A stretch of DNA of 61,757 nt, counting the filler, from Choristocarpus tenellus KU-1152 (lineage: Eukaryota; Protista; Phaeophyceae): the NCBI GenBank assembly GCA_964200185.2. It is 12 parts of 12 records of this genome, joined end to end, with 100 filler letters (N's around TTAATTAATTAA, not from the genome) between each part and the next. Parts side by side here need not be neighbours in the genome. Positions count along the whole stretch, not along the records: positions 1 to 3,956 come from CAXNAD020016948.1; positions 4,057 to 8,572 come from CAXNAD020014204.1; positions 8,673 to 11,269 come from CAXNAD020026415.1; positions 11,370 to 23,829 come from CAXNAD020001832.1; 8 more parts are not named here. One strand, 5' to 3'. The notes under the pieces were generated by a model. It was not told where the DNA came from and searched no databases. It was given only the letters and a program-made list of their open reading frames with translations. This document shows, in pieces, positions 1-12,727 of the stretch. Numbering within the stretch: the first letter of the stretch is position 1; every line of letters starts with the position of its first letter. A program made the translations under genes and the position numbers.

Positions 1-1625
1 GACCCTCTCTGCTAACAGCACCAATGTGATGATGCCTCCCCCCCCCTCCAATGAGGAGACTGCTACTTGCCCCCCTCTTTCTGCCACCCTTGTGGTTTCT
101 GCTTCAGAACAAGTCGAAACAGCCAATCGCAGAAGGGCAGAAGGCGTGCAGACGTTGCCATTACCCATTCCTCCACTGACTCCCACCCCCGCCCTCTTCT
201 TTCCTCCTCGATTGATGATATGGTAAGCGCCTCGTGCTCCTTCCAGGGAAGACAAGTTTCCCATTACCTCAAGAAGCGGTGTAAGCAGGGTAGCGCCACC
301 TGGAGAGTCATCCCGAAGGAACCATAATGGATTAATCTTGCAGCTCCACAAGTGACTGATTCTATCCAGTCTGCCCTCACCCTTCACGTTGTCTATGCTC
401 TTGTGTTGGCATGAACAGGTCAAATCGTTGTTGGTATTGTTGACTTCACTCCTGGCCCTGCTGCAACTGCAGCGTTGCCTTTTCTCTCCATCACGATTGG
501 CAAGAACGCATGATATTCTGGCACTTGCAGCCATTTCTGTTTTTACATCCCAGGGCTTTAAACTCCCTCGGAAAAGGAACCTCTGAGCTGCAGAACACAA
601 CCCTGGGTCAGTGAACAATATCTTGGAGAGCCTTGCCCACACAGTCAGGACATCACTGGCAGAAACTGAAGTTCCTTTCGCATCCACGGCTCTGAGCGAG
701 TTCATCTCACCACCTCTTTGAGCGATTGCACTATCATCATCAGAAGGTCTGCCAACATGCCCTTCCAGCTCTGTAGCATTGCTCCGATCGGCTATACTAC
801 CCAGGATCACCAACTCCAGGAAGGCTCGCCTAGTCTCTACCCCACAAAAGTCTCTCTCTGGTGCTAGGGCAAGCTCTAGAGAAATAAGTGACTCAAGGGT
901 AGGCAGACCTGCAGGTAGAATAGTCCCGCTGGTGCCATTGCTCCTTCCATATCCACTATCACTGCCTTTCTGACCAAAAGCACTTAAAAAAGTATTCGAA
1001 ATCATTGGGTGGTTCATGACGCACCTCATCATCTCCAACAGGTCAACATTCAATCCTAACCCTCCCCTGTTGATGCTCCTCCTTTTCCACGTTTCCCACT
1101 CTCCCACTGCCTGCGATGCTGCCAAACGCCTGTCTACCCACCATAAGAACTCTAGCAGCACAACAGGAGCATACCCTGCTTCTACATTCTTTGGCATCAT
1201 TAGATTCCCCCCTCCCTTCCCTTTCTCTTGCTCCAGCTGTTGTACCCCCAGTGGGTCAAGACAGAACGATGAAGGTAGTGGCTCTGCAGTGAGGCTGTGA
1301 CCAGTGGCAGGATGTGCCGTTGGTGCCTTACTCTTTTCCCGTACCTTTGGTAGTACTGGTGTAATGCATGTTCGGATAGAGTCCTTCGTGACTGAAAGGG
1401 CTTGCAAATAGAGTGCACCAAACTTTGCAGTTGCCTCCAAAGTCACCTCAGGTTCAAAACCCCTCTCCCTTTGAATGCAGTGGACGGTGCTCTCAGTGCA
1501 AGAGGGGATGGAGACTCTGTGGTGAAGGCCGAGGGATGTGGAGACCATGACTTCCATGATGGATTGTATTCGAGGCTGGGAGGCAGGAGGGAAGCCTGCT
1601 ATTATGTGCGCCATTGTGACTGACT
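1..1625 (-). CDS. Large internal exon of a hypothetical protein, open to the window edge and absent from the ORF track
   Basis: The minus frame reads without a stop from at least ~1200 to position 1 (MMPKNVEAGYAPVVLLEFLWWVDRRLAASQAVGEWETWKRRS...LLRLAVSTCSEAETTRVAERGGQV...). A pyrimidine tract plus AG acceptor lies near 1625-1645, so the 5' boundary is approximate. No family recognised. Confidence 0.6.
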
Positions 1626-1829
1626 GTTGTGCATCAAGTCTTTGATTGCACAAGGAATGGGGAGAGGAGATCCAAAATGGGAAAAAGGGGGGAGGCGGGG
1701 AGGAGGGATTGTGAAAGTAAGAATCAAAACAAAATATGTGCTCTGGAGCAGCAGGTAAGTACTGGAAGATAGTGGGACTGCAGTGCTTCCACGCCACTGT
1801 GTTCGACAAGGCAAACACGGCTCCAACGA

Positions 1830-1939
1830 GAAAAAAGAGAGATTCTGAAAATTAGAGTATGCATGAAATTCTACCCGAAAAAAAGAGAGATTCTGAACAT
1901 TAGATTATAAAAATTAGAGTGTGTATGAAATTCTACCCG
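1830..1939. repeat. Imperfect tandem duplication (~50-60 bp unit) in an intron
   Basis: aaaaaagagagattctgaa...attagagt..g.atgaaattctacccg occurs twice in tandem. Confidence 0.8.
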
Positions 1940-2069
1940 TCTCTTATGCACAAGTGCTACATGCACGGTAGGCCTTCGTAGCAGAGAGCAGCACTCTAAG
2001 TGCAAAAAAGTGCCAAAAAAATTCTGAAGCACGTAACAAAAAAGAAGTTCATGCCAAAAAATGGAAAAG

Positions 2070-2134
2070 CGTGTGTGTGTGTGCGTGTGTGAGAGAGAGA
2101 GAGAGAGAGAGTGAGAGAGAGTGAGAGAGAGAGG
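2070..2134. repeat. Compound (GT)n(GA)n microsatellite
   Basis: Seen directly in the sequence. Confidence 0.95.
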
Positions 2135-2837
2135 GACAGAAGGTGACACGATACTAATCAACACTTAAACACTACATACATAGACCTTGCGCATATTTTT
2201 TTTCTTGATCAGAACAAGACGCACTTCCACCTCACGCAAGAAGAATCACGATGCCGTACTTTTTTTGTTTTTTTGTTCGTTTTTTGGTGTAGGCAAGTAG
2301 ATTTGCAAGAGGTCGTGAAACCGGTAAAATGATACGATTTACTACACTTTTTACAACACTTTCTATACATGCATCTTTGGTGAATGCGGGTCGCCTCTCG
2401 CCTCATCTCAGCAGAAGCCCCTTGTGCTCTATGGCACACGTACGCTTGTGGACATGAACGCGCACGCACAAACGCACGAGCGTGTGCGTTTGCGAGGGAG
2501 AGATCAACGCAAATCAGCCCGCCGTCCTCAAGAAATAAGTTCAAAAGCGCTGCGCTCTCCATTGACCGCCGTATACACGGAAAATAACAAAATGACACTC
2601 GAGTCAAGAACTGAACATCACCCGCTCTTGCTTAGCTTCACACCGAACACTGAACCTCTCGTCGTAGTTGTAGTTAACGCCGTTGGCAAAAAGAAGGGAC
2701 ATGAAATTAGTCAAGAGCCTTGCTATGAAACAATAGAACAGCAACATGCGAGTACGCAGCTAATTAACCCAATCTTGACAGAAATAAAGAGTGCCTTCAA
2801 CTCGGAACCTCCCCTACCCCTACCCCTAACCCTAACC

Positions 2838-3956
2838 CTACCCCCGCCCCTGGCCCCAACTCCAACAGCACAGGGCACAGACAACGAGACAGAGATCCTT
2901 CGCAAACCCGTCACCATTTTTCTTTTCCTGAAACCCAACCAACTCCTTCCGCCCTCCCTGCCTCACCCACCTCCCAGGCATCTTCACCAAACCGGCCACC
3001 CTCTCTGCCATCGCTCTCTCCAGTACTTCCACCGACATCACCGTTGAAACAACACCTCCAACACACCGAAACGCGCGCTCCGCGGCACTTGGGTCCCACT
3101 GCGGTGGTGGGGAACACGGGAGGGAAGGGCAGCACACCCTCCCTCTCACGGGCAGATCCCTCTCCTTCGTCTTCCTTGCCCCGAGGTCATCGACATCATT
3201 GTGGACTTCTACCCTCCCAATGTTCCGATTGCTCGCAGCGCTAGCAGTCCCTTCCTGGACAAGCGAAGCTCCAACGGCAGCAATACAACAGTGCAGGCTG
3301 TTGAGGACGGCTTCTACAACCTCCTCTGCAGAGGGAACAGGCTCTAATCGACTGCCTTCCTGACACGAGGATACCTCAGACAGCGGCTGGTTGAATTTAG
3401 AAACACGCCCGTCCTTCTCCTGCCCCCCCTGAACTTTCTCCTTCCTCCTTCCTATCGTCTGCTCACACCTCTCCGTGGACGTACTGTTCAAATCAACCCT
3501 TCTCCGTTTGAGTCCCATGCTTGTTCCCCTTCCCCCCCCCCCTTCCCCCAGCTCTTTTTCCCACTCCCTAAGAACACCCCTCAGCAGCGCAACGGCTTCC
3601 CCATACCATCCAGAACACGATAGTCTCAACCCCGAGCCTGGCGCAGGACTCTTCCCCCCCTCCCTCTCCCCTCCCCCTCCCCTAGCATTATTGGGTCCTT
3701 TTCCATCACAAGAAGAAGACAGTGAGGGGCGATGAAGGTTGTTCCCGGTCTGAGCAACACCATCACCAACACCAATACCAACAGGATCTGCAGTTGACCT
3801 GCTCCCCCCCTCGTCAAAGTCATTGCCGTTGTTACTGTGGTCATTGCACTCATCAAGACCCATCTCAACAATGAGCGCCCTAGGAAGAAACTCCTTTTTT
3901 TTGTTGAGGGGAAGTGTGGGGGGGGGTAGGGTAGGGGTAGGGGGGGGCATTCGCAT
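2838..3956 (-). CDS. Large exon of a hypothetical low-complexity (G/E/R-rich) protein, probably the upstream part of the gene at 1..1625
   Basis: 372-codon open frame running from the contig end, on the same strand as the 1..1625 exon. Candidate donor GG|GTAGGG near 2841. No recognisable domain. Confidence 0.5.
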   Translation of the reverse strand: MRMPPPTPTLPPPTLPLNKKKEFLPRALIVEMGLDECNDHSNNGNDFDEGGSRSTADPVGIGVGDGVAQTGNNLHRPSLSSSCDGKGPNNARGGGGEREGGKSPAPGSGLRLSCSGWYGEAVALLRGVLREWEKELGEGGGGRGTSMGLKRRRVDLNSTSTERCEQTIGRRKEKVQGGQEKDGRVSKFNQPLSEVSSCQEGSRLEPVPSAEEVVEAVLNSLHCCIAAVGASLVQEGTASAASNRNIGRVEVHNDVDDLGARKTKERDLPVRGRVCCPSLPCSPPPQWDPSAAERAFRCVGGVVSTVMSVEVLERAMAERVAGLVKMPGRWVRQGGRKELVGFQEKKNGDGFAKDLCLVVCALCCWSWGQGRG

Positions 3957-4056
3957 NNNNNNNNNNNNNNNNNNNNNNNNNNNNNNNNNNNNNNNNNNNN
4001 TTAATTAATTAANNNNNNNNNNNNNNNNNNNNNNNNNNNNNNNNNNNNNNNNNNNN
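3957..4056. other. Artificial contig spacer (N44-TTAATTAATTAA-N44). Identical spacers at 8573-8672, 11270-11369, 23830-23929, 26604-26703, 30523-30622, 36210-36309, 41692-41791, 44426-44525, 51444-51543, 58197-58296
   Basis: The same 100-bp six-frame stop cassette occurs 11 times, typical of concatenated unplaced contigs. Confidence 0.98.
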
Positions 4057-4143
4057 CATATGCAACCAAATTACACAAAAATCACGACATGAAAAAATCG
4101 ACCCCAAATGGGCAGTTGCCACCCCCCCCAGATACTTTGAGCC
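4057..4143 (+). mobile_element. MITE type A right end (contig-terminal fragment)
   Basis: ...gaccccaaatgggcagttgccacccccccagatactttgagcc matches the 3' end of the complete copy at 53457-53637. Confidence 0.8.
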
Positions 4144-4584
4144 TCATCAAAGTCATCATAAAGCTTCAAAAACAGTCCTCTGTTGCCCCTGCCCTCAGAC
4201 AGGCAAAGAAAAGTGCTAACACTAGAATAGTAAATATGGAGAAAGATTACTTTCAATTCTCAGGTTGCATGAATATGTGCACCTCACACCAGTTGTGATG
4301 TGATGATGCTGAATGCAATAATGTGAACACAATATGTCAATGAATAATAGGCACTATCAAATAGCTTGTGTGATGGAATTGTCTGTTTTTATTCATATGT
4401 AGTCTTTGCTGGTGCTACTATTAGTGTGTATATACGTGTGGTAAACACAGACTAAGGCTTAGAGCACAGTTTCTCCACCGAGACTTCAACTGTGTTGTGA
4501 TCACTTGGTTGCTATGTAGAGTGAAAGTCGACCTGAACCGCCATTTCTCCTCTCTCTATATGTTCAATGAATATCTTGCATTGG

Positions 4585-5479
4585 TCAAGATTTTGTTCCA
4601 GGGCTTTTGTGTCTTCCATTGTTAACTATGCTCATCTGATCCAGCAAGAGCACAGGGCATGTCATAGTGGAGAACACGCCGCCTCTCTTCATTGACGATC
4701 GTACGTAGATGCTCCATTCTACCCTTGATACGGGAGAGCCATGTGAAATGATTGTACAGATTCAGTGTCTGGAACAGTCGGGCACATGGTGGACGAGAGT
4801 CAGAATCTTGTTAGTTCTATATCATCACATTCCTCGAAGTGCACATTACGCGACACTCATATTGTATTCGTTATAGACCCTGTTATAGATGGATAACTTT
4901 GATGAAGCTAGGTCCTTGCAAACATAAGCATTCATCTCTTATGTGGCAGGGCACGGAAAGAGACTGTCGTCATAATTAAATTCGCCTGATTCAACGTATC
5001 GCACAGTAGTACCGACCAAACAAGACTGAATATCCAGTGCTCACCACCACCTTAGCTTCTTCGATTTCCAGCCCCGATGCATTGGCCACCATCTTAATCT
5101 CTTCCCTTCTCTCTCCTTTGCTCCACCGCGTTTTCACCCATTCGAGCGACTCCTCATGAACTTCATCATATCCGCTATTAACCCCTCTTCTACCTGGACC
5201 TGCTGTCGCTCTTGCCAGCGAGGTTTTGGGTGGCCTCGAAGTTGAGGAGTCGGGACACACTCCAACAACAGTACCGCTTATAGTGCCAGACCCGGTCTGC
5301 GATTCCCATTGCCTTCTTCTCCTCGTGGCCGAGTCATCCTGCATGGTATGATTAGTATGCGCATGTGAACAGCGATGAAAGCACATGTATGTTCCAACAT
5401 CATGCTCATCAAACCGTAATAAAACACATCGGTAACGTTTTTATTTATCCTAGGTAGACACGTACAAGACTCTTCATCA
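4585..5479 (-). CDS. Small multi-exon hypothetical protein, divergent from the mannosidase gene
   Basis: The open exon ~5340-5044 (DDSATRRRRQWESQTG...EIEEAKVV) is flanked by cag| and |gtgagc. Further phase-compatible GT-AG exons are possible near 5479-5465, 4914-4850 and 4723-4585. The model is tentative and no homolog was recognised. Confidence 0.4.
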
Positions 5480-6039
5480 TCCACACAACTGGCCCACTCA
5501 AAATAGTTTACATATTGTTCAGAATGACACCAACGATCGCCCCTTGACGGTAAGGATGAAGGACCCCCTGTTGTCATTTGCTAGGTATGTGTAGTCGTTG
5601 AAGGTCAACAGTTTCCCGTCACCACCAAAAACTCTTATTCTAAGACGAACGATATTCACCCTATCAAGTATTTGGAAGTAGGTCATAGATTAGAAGCCGA
5701 TGACTCTTGAATAGTATATAGTATGAACTTACATAGATGTAGTGACCAACCACACTCCATGATTGTAGATTATTGGATCCTCAATAATGTGAGATTGTAA
5801 CGAATGAAACCGACTTTGAACCAAACGCCTGAACATGGTTTGGACAAATATCCCAGTTTGAAGTTGGAAACCATGTGTTGCAACATTGGAAGATGCAAGA
5901 TTCGATATCCTCTCTGACCTTCTCCATAATATAACCCTACACTTGTTAGTCTGCAGTATAGGTTGAAATTCTGGTGGCTTTGTAGGAGAAAACTTTGCTT
6001 TGAGGAGTCCAAACGTGACTACTGTTATCCCTAGTTACC

Positions 6040-8005
6040 ATGAGGATACTTTTATGGCAGGTACTACTCGCATCACTTGCACTCAAGTCCGCGTTTGGGA
6101 AGAAGCTTAACGTTCATCTAGTCTGCCATTCCCATGATGACGCGGGGTGGCTCAAGGTGAGATGAAAATGTTGGATATTTCGGCCTTGAATTAAGCAGCA
6201 CTTCCTCCTGTTCTCCAAATGTTCGTTTGTGGTGCTCAGTTTGAGGGCATATCCTCAGAAATGGAGGTTGTGCCGATTCTGCGCAGGAACTATCTGATTT
6301 GGGGACTATAGCGTATTTAATATAACTAATCTGTTACCTTTTCACTGCCCTCGTCTCAAACCTTTTCCTGCGAAGACGGTGGACCAGTACTTCTACGGCG
6401 CGAACAACTCCATCGCTCATGCTGGTGTCCAGTATATCTTGGACAGCGTCGTTTCGTCGCTGGTGAAGAACCCCCGGCGATCGTTCGTGCATGTAGAGCA
6501 GGCCTTCATGTGGCGCTGGTGGAGGCGGCAGGTGCACGATACTTCGAAGTATCTAGGCGACAGTGTAATACTTGTAACTGGAACGAGCCCCCATCAAAAT
6601 GTGTTATCTTGGCTTGCAGCATACTTTACGTCCTAAAGCATGCGGAAATGTCTTTTGCCGACAAATATGGTACTTTGTTCCAGTAACATATTTTCATCTA
6701 TGCAGTTTTTGATTAAAATTTCAAAATTTTAGTGTTGCCTTCACGACCATGGTTTGGTTCGTGTTTTATATTATTCTCGCCCTGTACTGTCATGCGGCCT
6801 CTTGTCTTCTATAACATGTGGACCTACACATGCCCCCGTGGGCCAATCAGATCCCTACCCAGTCGTATGCTTCACCTTGTTTTGCATCAATAGACTGTGT
6901 GCCTCACCATGCACTCGTGTCTTGAACATTCCTCCTGTAATGTGCGCATGGTTGTCCCCCGAAGCACCTTGCAAGCACTACAAGCTTGCACACCAGAAGA
7001 GACTTCCCCTTTACACACTTGCAGTCTATGCAATTTCCAAGACCGCTCCTCCCACCCCAGGCTTGACCCTGCTCTGGTTGTATCCTATCACACTACTACC
7101 CCCTCAAGGATGAGGCCATGCGAACTGTGGTACGAGGACTTATTAAGGAGGGGCAACTCTCATTTGTCAACGGGGGGTGAGTGAAGTCAGCAGGACGAGA
7201 AGTGTGTGCTGACAAGACGTGGATAATAGTAATTGGACTTGCATCCTCGGTGTTAGTGACAATTCTAATTGCCATCCCAGTGTCACTGATTTCTTAGCTC
7301 GATACTTGTGTGAAGATGCTTATTACAAGGTAGTCCTGGTTAGTCTTCCACTCTGTGTATCCTCATCATGACCTTTTCCTTTGTCTGTAGCGATGGTCCA
7401 CTGTGTATTCTTGGCGTTACAGCCCCCACCCATATCCTTATGCAAGGTTGCTCTTGATGTGCACTCTCTGTCTGTGTTCATCTCTCAACCACCCACCCCC
7501 TATCCATCTTTCCAATCAATGTCACCTCAACATGGATTGCCTATCCCCATCCAACCCCACCACTTCATACTCTGATAGGATAGGGCATAAGAATGCTAAC
7601 AACATTGACCGTAGATATTCATATTCACAGGTAGGGATAGGATATGTTTATTTTGTAATTATATATATATATATATATATGCTTCAACTATTTGTTGCCC
7701 CTTTGGCACCATGCCCACGTCGCCAATATACCCCTTGTCTGCCTCAGCTTTAGTTGAAACCTCAAGAATGTCACAAGATGACCACCAGTGACTTCACCCC
7801 TTCCTAAGTATTTTCATTTTTAATTTGCCAAAGGTGGGTTATGCATGACGAAGCGACAGCCCATTACGTTGGCATGGTGGATCAGACATACCTCGGACAT
7901 GCCTTCCTAAGGAAGGAGTTTGGGGAGGCATCCATCCCTACAGTGGGGTGGCAGATAGATCCCTTTGGGCACAGTGCCACACAGGCAGCAATCCTCAGTG
8001 CCCAG
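6040..8005 (+). CDS. Lysosomal/vacuolar-type alpha-mannosidase (GH38), 5' four exons; gene truncated by the contig end
   Basis: Exons 6040-6156, 6376-6531, 7109-7176 and 7834-8005 splice in phase with GT-AG. They give a signal peptide (MRILLWQVLLASLALKSAFG), then [57 protein letters not shown] and GWQIDPFGHS. These are the GH38 Zn-binding HxD and catalytic-nucleophile motifs. Confidence 0.95.
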
Positions 8006-9299
8006 GTGTGAATGGCATGCGAGGGGGGGGGAATGGGGGTTATTTTTTTTTCCGTTAAACACAGTTCTTTTCATGTTGTTGCTCAATATGCTATTGTGAG
8101 TTCTTGTTGAGTTAGTGCTGTACGATTTGTGATGTGAAGGCTTGACTCAACTATTAAGGGCATTCATCTGTTCATGTTGGCTTTGTGTGTACAGGAAGGA
8201 ATGAACTGGAAAATTGCACTTTTATAGAGAGATTAGTGCTATCGATGTATGTGTTCATGTACAACACACATTGAGGTACTCCATTATAATACGATGCACA
8301 AGCAGTTACAAGATACCTGATAAATTGAAATGAAATAACTTTGATGACTGCCTACACAAAATGGACTCAAGTGCTCGTTGTAGTACGGATATTGAGATTG
8401 GAATAAGTATTGCATTTTTATGGTGTTGTTACCCGGTTCTTCTCAGCGAGACTGCTGTTGTGTGGTTTGCAGATGGTGCTGTGCATTACTCAGCACCCTC
8501 TCTCCCTCCCGCGTCCCCCCCCCCCCCCTCTCTCTCTCTGCCTCGCCCACCGACGCGCAAAGCCCTCCTTCCNNNNNNNNNNNNNNNNNNNNNNNNNNNN
8601 NNNNNNNNNNNNNNNNTTAATTAATTAANNNNNNNNNNNNNNNNNNNNNNNNNNNNNNNNNNNNNNNNNNNNGGGGGGGTAGTGCGCGGGGTGGAGAGTG
8701 GGAGGAGGCTAGGGAGTTGTGGGTTTGGGGGGTTAAGGTTGAGTGACATTCTACGAGAGTAGAATGTTTTCTGAAGAGCAGTTGATTGGGTGGGGAAAAG
8801 GTGTGGATGGATTGGGTGAGGATGAGAGAAGTGAGGGCTGAGTGTAATGGAATAAGGCAGGGAATGGACCGCATTAGGTGGTCAACATGGAGGTAGATTT
8901 CCTTTGTCTTTTATATCTGGAGGTCCCCCCCTCCCACCATTATTGGGAATGGTGAGGGGTTGATGTTTGTCCTCATCCTTGCTTGGCGTTTTTGAATTTT
9001 CTCCTTCGTTGTGGTGGGTCAACAGTGCCATATGATTGTTCATTGTCTGAAGTCTTTTTGCTCTCTAATTCTTGTTGACAGGGGGCAGTGGTCATGTAAT
9101 TTGTTGTCCTGCATGGCGCATACATGATGTTCTACGATATTATTATTATGTGCTTTGATGGAATGCTAGCTGGCTGTGGAGCCTGAGAGCACTTTCCTGA
9201 CCGGGTTGTAGGGTTGCTTGAAAAAGAATGTTGACCTGCTATGAGCGGTTCCTCTCGCCTTTTTAATTTATATGGCACTAGCCTCTTCTGAAAACAGGA

Positions 9300-10150
9300 T
9301 CAAAAACTCTCTCTTCAGTTTGTCCACTTGGAAGATTCTCTCACGCACAGCTTTTTTTTTTTTTCACCAGTGTAAAATGTTGCTTCACTTAGGGTTAGGG
9401 TTTGTTTCACTGGTGTTTGTCTACCAGGTTGGGTTGTTGACATTCTTCTATTTTTGAACGGAGTAGTAGAGGCGTTTGTAAGTACTCATAAAGATTCCCA
9501 TTTTGTTGTGTGTAATGGTCTCTTACGAACCCTGAATGGCCCTTCAAGTTCAGATGTGGTTGGGGTATTTGCTGGGCCCTCATCCAGGATAGGTGGTGTA
9601 CAACTAGTGTATGTAGGTTGTGTATATTCATGATCATCAATCAGAAAGATGTAAGGTTGCACATATTGAAAAAGAATCAAGGTAAGCTTTTTGTGTTGTG
9701 CTGTGATACAGCTAGTGATGCTTGGCGGGTTGAAGCTTTGAAAGGTGGTCGTACCTATGCCATTTTCTGTGAGGAATTCGATGATCACCTAACACATTTG
9801 TTTGTTGTGCATGCGTTCTTCATACCAAGCACTACCAATTTCAAACACTTTACAGGTTGGTTATTAGCAGTAATATTACAAGTAACATGTCTGCACACTT
9901 GTTAAGAATGAAGTTGAAAGGTATACCCCAGTACGTAGGCTTACTATATTCCCACTTGGCATTGGGTAGGTGTGATATAGAGGACAAGAGCAATGGGCAT
10001 TCAACGTAAAGGACATGGCAGAGTCTGCATTGCATACAGTAGAATAGAACACAGAGTTCTTTTAAAACACCAATAGTAGTAGTAGTATATTTGGAAACAA
10101 GAAACCCAGTCCACACTTGGAGCTCAGTAACACATATACGGGTCAATGTA
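9300..10150 (-). mobile_element. Degenerate non-LTR retrotransposon (LINE) relic, APE-endonuclease-like region
   Basis: Broken minus-strand frames give decayed APE motifs in the expected order: IGVLKEL (~LQET), VVLGMKNA (~GDFNA), PTYTSCTPPILD (~PTY..S.LD), GFVRDH (~SDH). Many stops and frameshifts; boundaries approximate. Confidence 0.45.
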
Positions 10151-11248
10151 CTGCTAGAGAGGCCCCATTATTACGACATCCATTGAAATATGTTGCATGT
10201 TGAGCATAGATAGCACTGTATGTGTGAACATTTCACTTATATATTGCTCAGTCAAGTCATATCACCCTTTAACCACTTTCTTCTGTATATTATGGAGATC
10301 GGTTTGTGCCCTTTGGAGTATGAGGACCTTGCATAATGTTACGCTTAAGACCCTCATTACCATGCATGAAATGCAGCCAATAAAGAACCCTCGCGTCGAG
10401 GAGGCTTGGGGTGTGGAAGAGGAGACGAATGTCGATAAAAGTGTGAAAACCTATTTCAGACTGCTAGGAGCGACATATATGTTCTGGAAGGCAAGTCACA
10501 GAGTGCCTCATATACTCAACAGTGCCCCCCCTCCCATCTAGGATACTATAACTTCTTCATTTTCAAATGTTTCCATCTCTTCTTACCATTGGTAGTGCTA
10601 CTTTTTTTTAGTTTCCCTTATTATTATTTTTAATTTGTTAGAACCAGGAGACCATTGCACCACTGCATGACGTACACAACTCACCAGTGCCGCCCAGAGA
10701 GGGACAACAAAGCACTGTACCTATATCTGTTAGCTCTTGGGTTTGCTGAAGGTTGTGCCAGAAAGGTCTACTACCTCGTCCACAAACGAGTCCGTCAAGG
10801 ACAAGGGGGGTCTGCCGTCATTCAGCAAGCCTCAAAGCATACATGCATGTGCAGTGTATCCACTTTCGATGGAGAGTTTGAGAATGTTAAAATAAAAAAA
10901 TTGAAATAAAACAAAATAAGCAAATCTTTTTGACTAGTACCAGAATCGAAGTAGGGTATGTATACAGTTAATTGCTCCATGCAAGGTTGTTCTATTCTAG
11001 GTCGCCTAGCTGTTTCATCCATTTTGTAGTTGATCATGAAATTGCGACATGGTTTTAGAGGGATCACGACCCAAGCTCTACTGTAGTGTCCACCAGAACA
11101 AACAGGTTCTTCTCCATTGTTGAAATACCACATTGGCATTCATGACAGAATGGGAAATATAAACCAATGCATTCATTGCTGGTCCTACGCTTTTGAACTA
11201 GCAAGGGGATGCACAAAAACATTACTTCCTAATTGCCAGAAAAGAGAT

Positions 11249-11269
11249 GACTCAAAGTATCTTGGGGGG
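11249..11269 (+). mobile_element. MITE type A left terminus at the contig end
   Basis: GACTCAAAGTATCTTGGGGGG. Confidence 0.75.
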
Positions 11270-11814
11270 NNNNNNNNNNNNNNNNNNNNNNNNNNNNNNN
11301 NNNNNNNNNNNNNTTAATTAATTAANNNNNNNNNNNNNNNNNNNNNNNNNNNNNNNNNNNNNNNNNNNNCTGAGGCAAAATTGACAATTGCCCCCCTTTT
11401 TCTTTTTTCTTTGCCCGGTAGTACTAGACGGGTCATCCATACTGTAGAATTGACATTGACCTCCAGTAGGGACACCATCTACAACAACCAGACACAGTAA
11501 CCCAAGAGGGCGAGATAAATGCATCCAGATGGAGAAGTTAGGGGGTGAGATCCAAGTGTGAGAGTGACATGAAATGGAAGATGGGGGGTAAATTGTGTGC
11601 TATTCCACCAATAGTGTTTTTCCATTGCCAATACATATCATCAAAAAATTATGACGTGAGAAATAGAGCCTTTGATGATGTATTCATTGCGTGGGGTGCT
11701 TCCATGGAGTCAAATCGTCCAATCGAACAGGAACTCCATGAAGGTGCTACCTCGATTTACCCAGTGTTCCTGGCAATTCTGTAGCATTTGGCGAGCCCTC
11801 AACCCACCCCTCAC

Positions 11815-12727
11815 CTCACTGTCCGTGACTTCATGGAAGTACTTGGGGAACGGATATGATACACCTACGTTGTTCACGAGCAGACCCACGTCCTTCGTCT
11901 TGATGGCGGCTGCAACCTTGGCCTGTAAGTCAGCAAAATTTTGGGACCAACGGAAGTATGTGAGAACCTCAAGAGAGTGCCAATCGAGAAAGTTCGTTCT
12001 TTAATTAGGGGAGGCGATATCAGCTAGCCTTGCGAGATCAAACCAACGTGAGCTTTGGGACCAGAGAAGGCAGCATGGATCACTACGTCTCCATGAATAG
12101 TGCACCGACCCTTGTAAATCACCTGAGCTGCAGCATCGAAGGAAGAGTAGTCAATGGCGAGGTGCTCCACGGACGCAGAAGGGCAAGCAGCCTTCACCTC
12201 GGCCTCCACGTCCACGAGTTTGCTCTCTGTCCTCGAAATCAGCAGTACATTGAGGCCCTTCTTTGCAATCTCGAACGACAGCGCCTTCCCAATGCCATCT
12301 GTGTGCAAGTCGGGTGGGTGAGGAACTTGCTACAAGAGATAACGGTAGCCAAAGGAGTACTGTTGCGACCACAAGGTTGGACGAATTCACTGAATAGTTC
12401 CCCGAGCAGAGGAGAAGACAAACGAACGACACTACAGCTATAGAAAATGACTATACAGGAGGGAACTGAGAGTACATACCCAATGACCAGAGCCAAGACT
12501 ACACGGCAAGCACGACACATACACAAAAAAACACTGACGTAAACACTCCCCGTTGGCCTACCAGTTGCTCCTGTGACAACTGCCCACTGTCCGTACTTCT
12601 TCAGGTTCTTTCCACGTCGAAGAACGATGCCATACAATGGTCTTAGAAATGACAGTGTCGAACTGACGACACACAAGCCTCCTACTATCGCCAGGACGGA
12701 CAAAACTATGGGGTCGATAGAATCCAT
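11815..12727 (-). CDS. KCR: Very-long-chain 3-oxoacyl-CoA reductase (KCR / HSD17B12-like SDR), first three exons; 3' part beyond the contig end
   Basis: Exons 12727-12562, 12298-12123 and 11922-11815 splice in phase. They give an N-terminal TM helix, [31 protein letters not shown] and [19 protein letters not shown], diagnostic of the KCR/17beta-HSD12 subfamily. Confidence 0.93.

Noticed and set aside
2560-2600. Possible non-canonical splice acceptor (no AG after a pyrimidine tract)
   Set aside because: The exon itself is unsupported, and every intron in the confidently modelled genes is canonical GT-AG.
2384-3047. Plus-strand ORFs of 67 and 207 aa
   Set aside because: Antisense shadows of the minus-strand gene and low-complexity intron, with no domain signal.
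4001-4012. Regularly recurring palindromic TTAATTAATTAA flanked by Ns, resembling an array or recombination site
   Set aside because: Artificial six-frame-stop spacer. ORFs ending in X..LIN are artefacts, and gene neighbourhoods across spacers are not biological.
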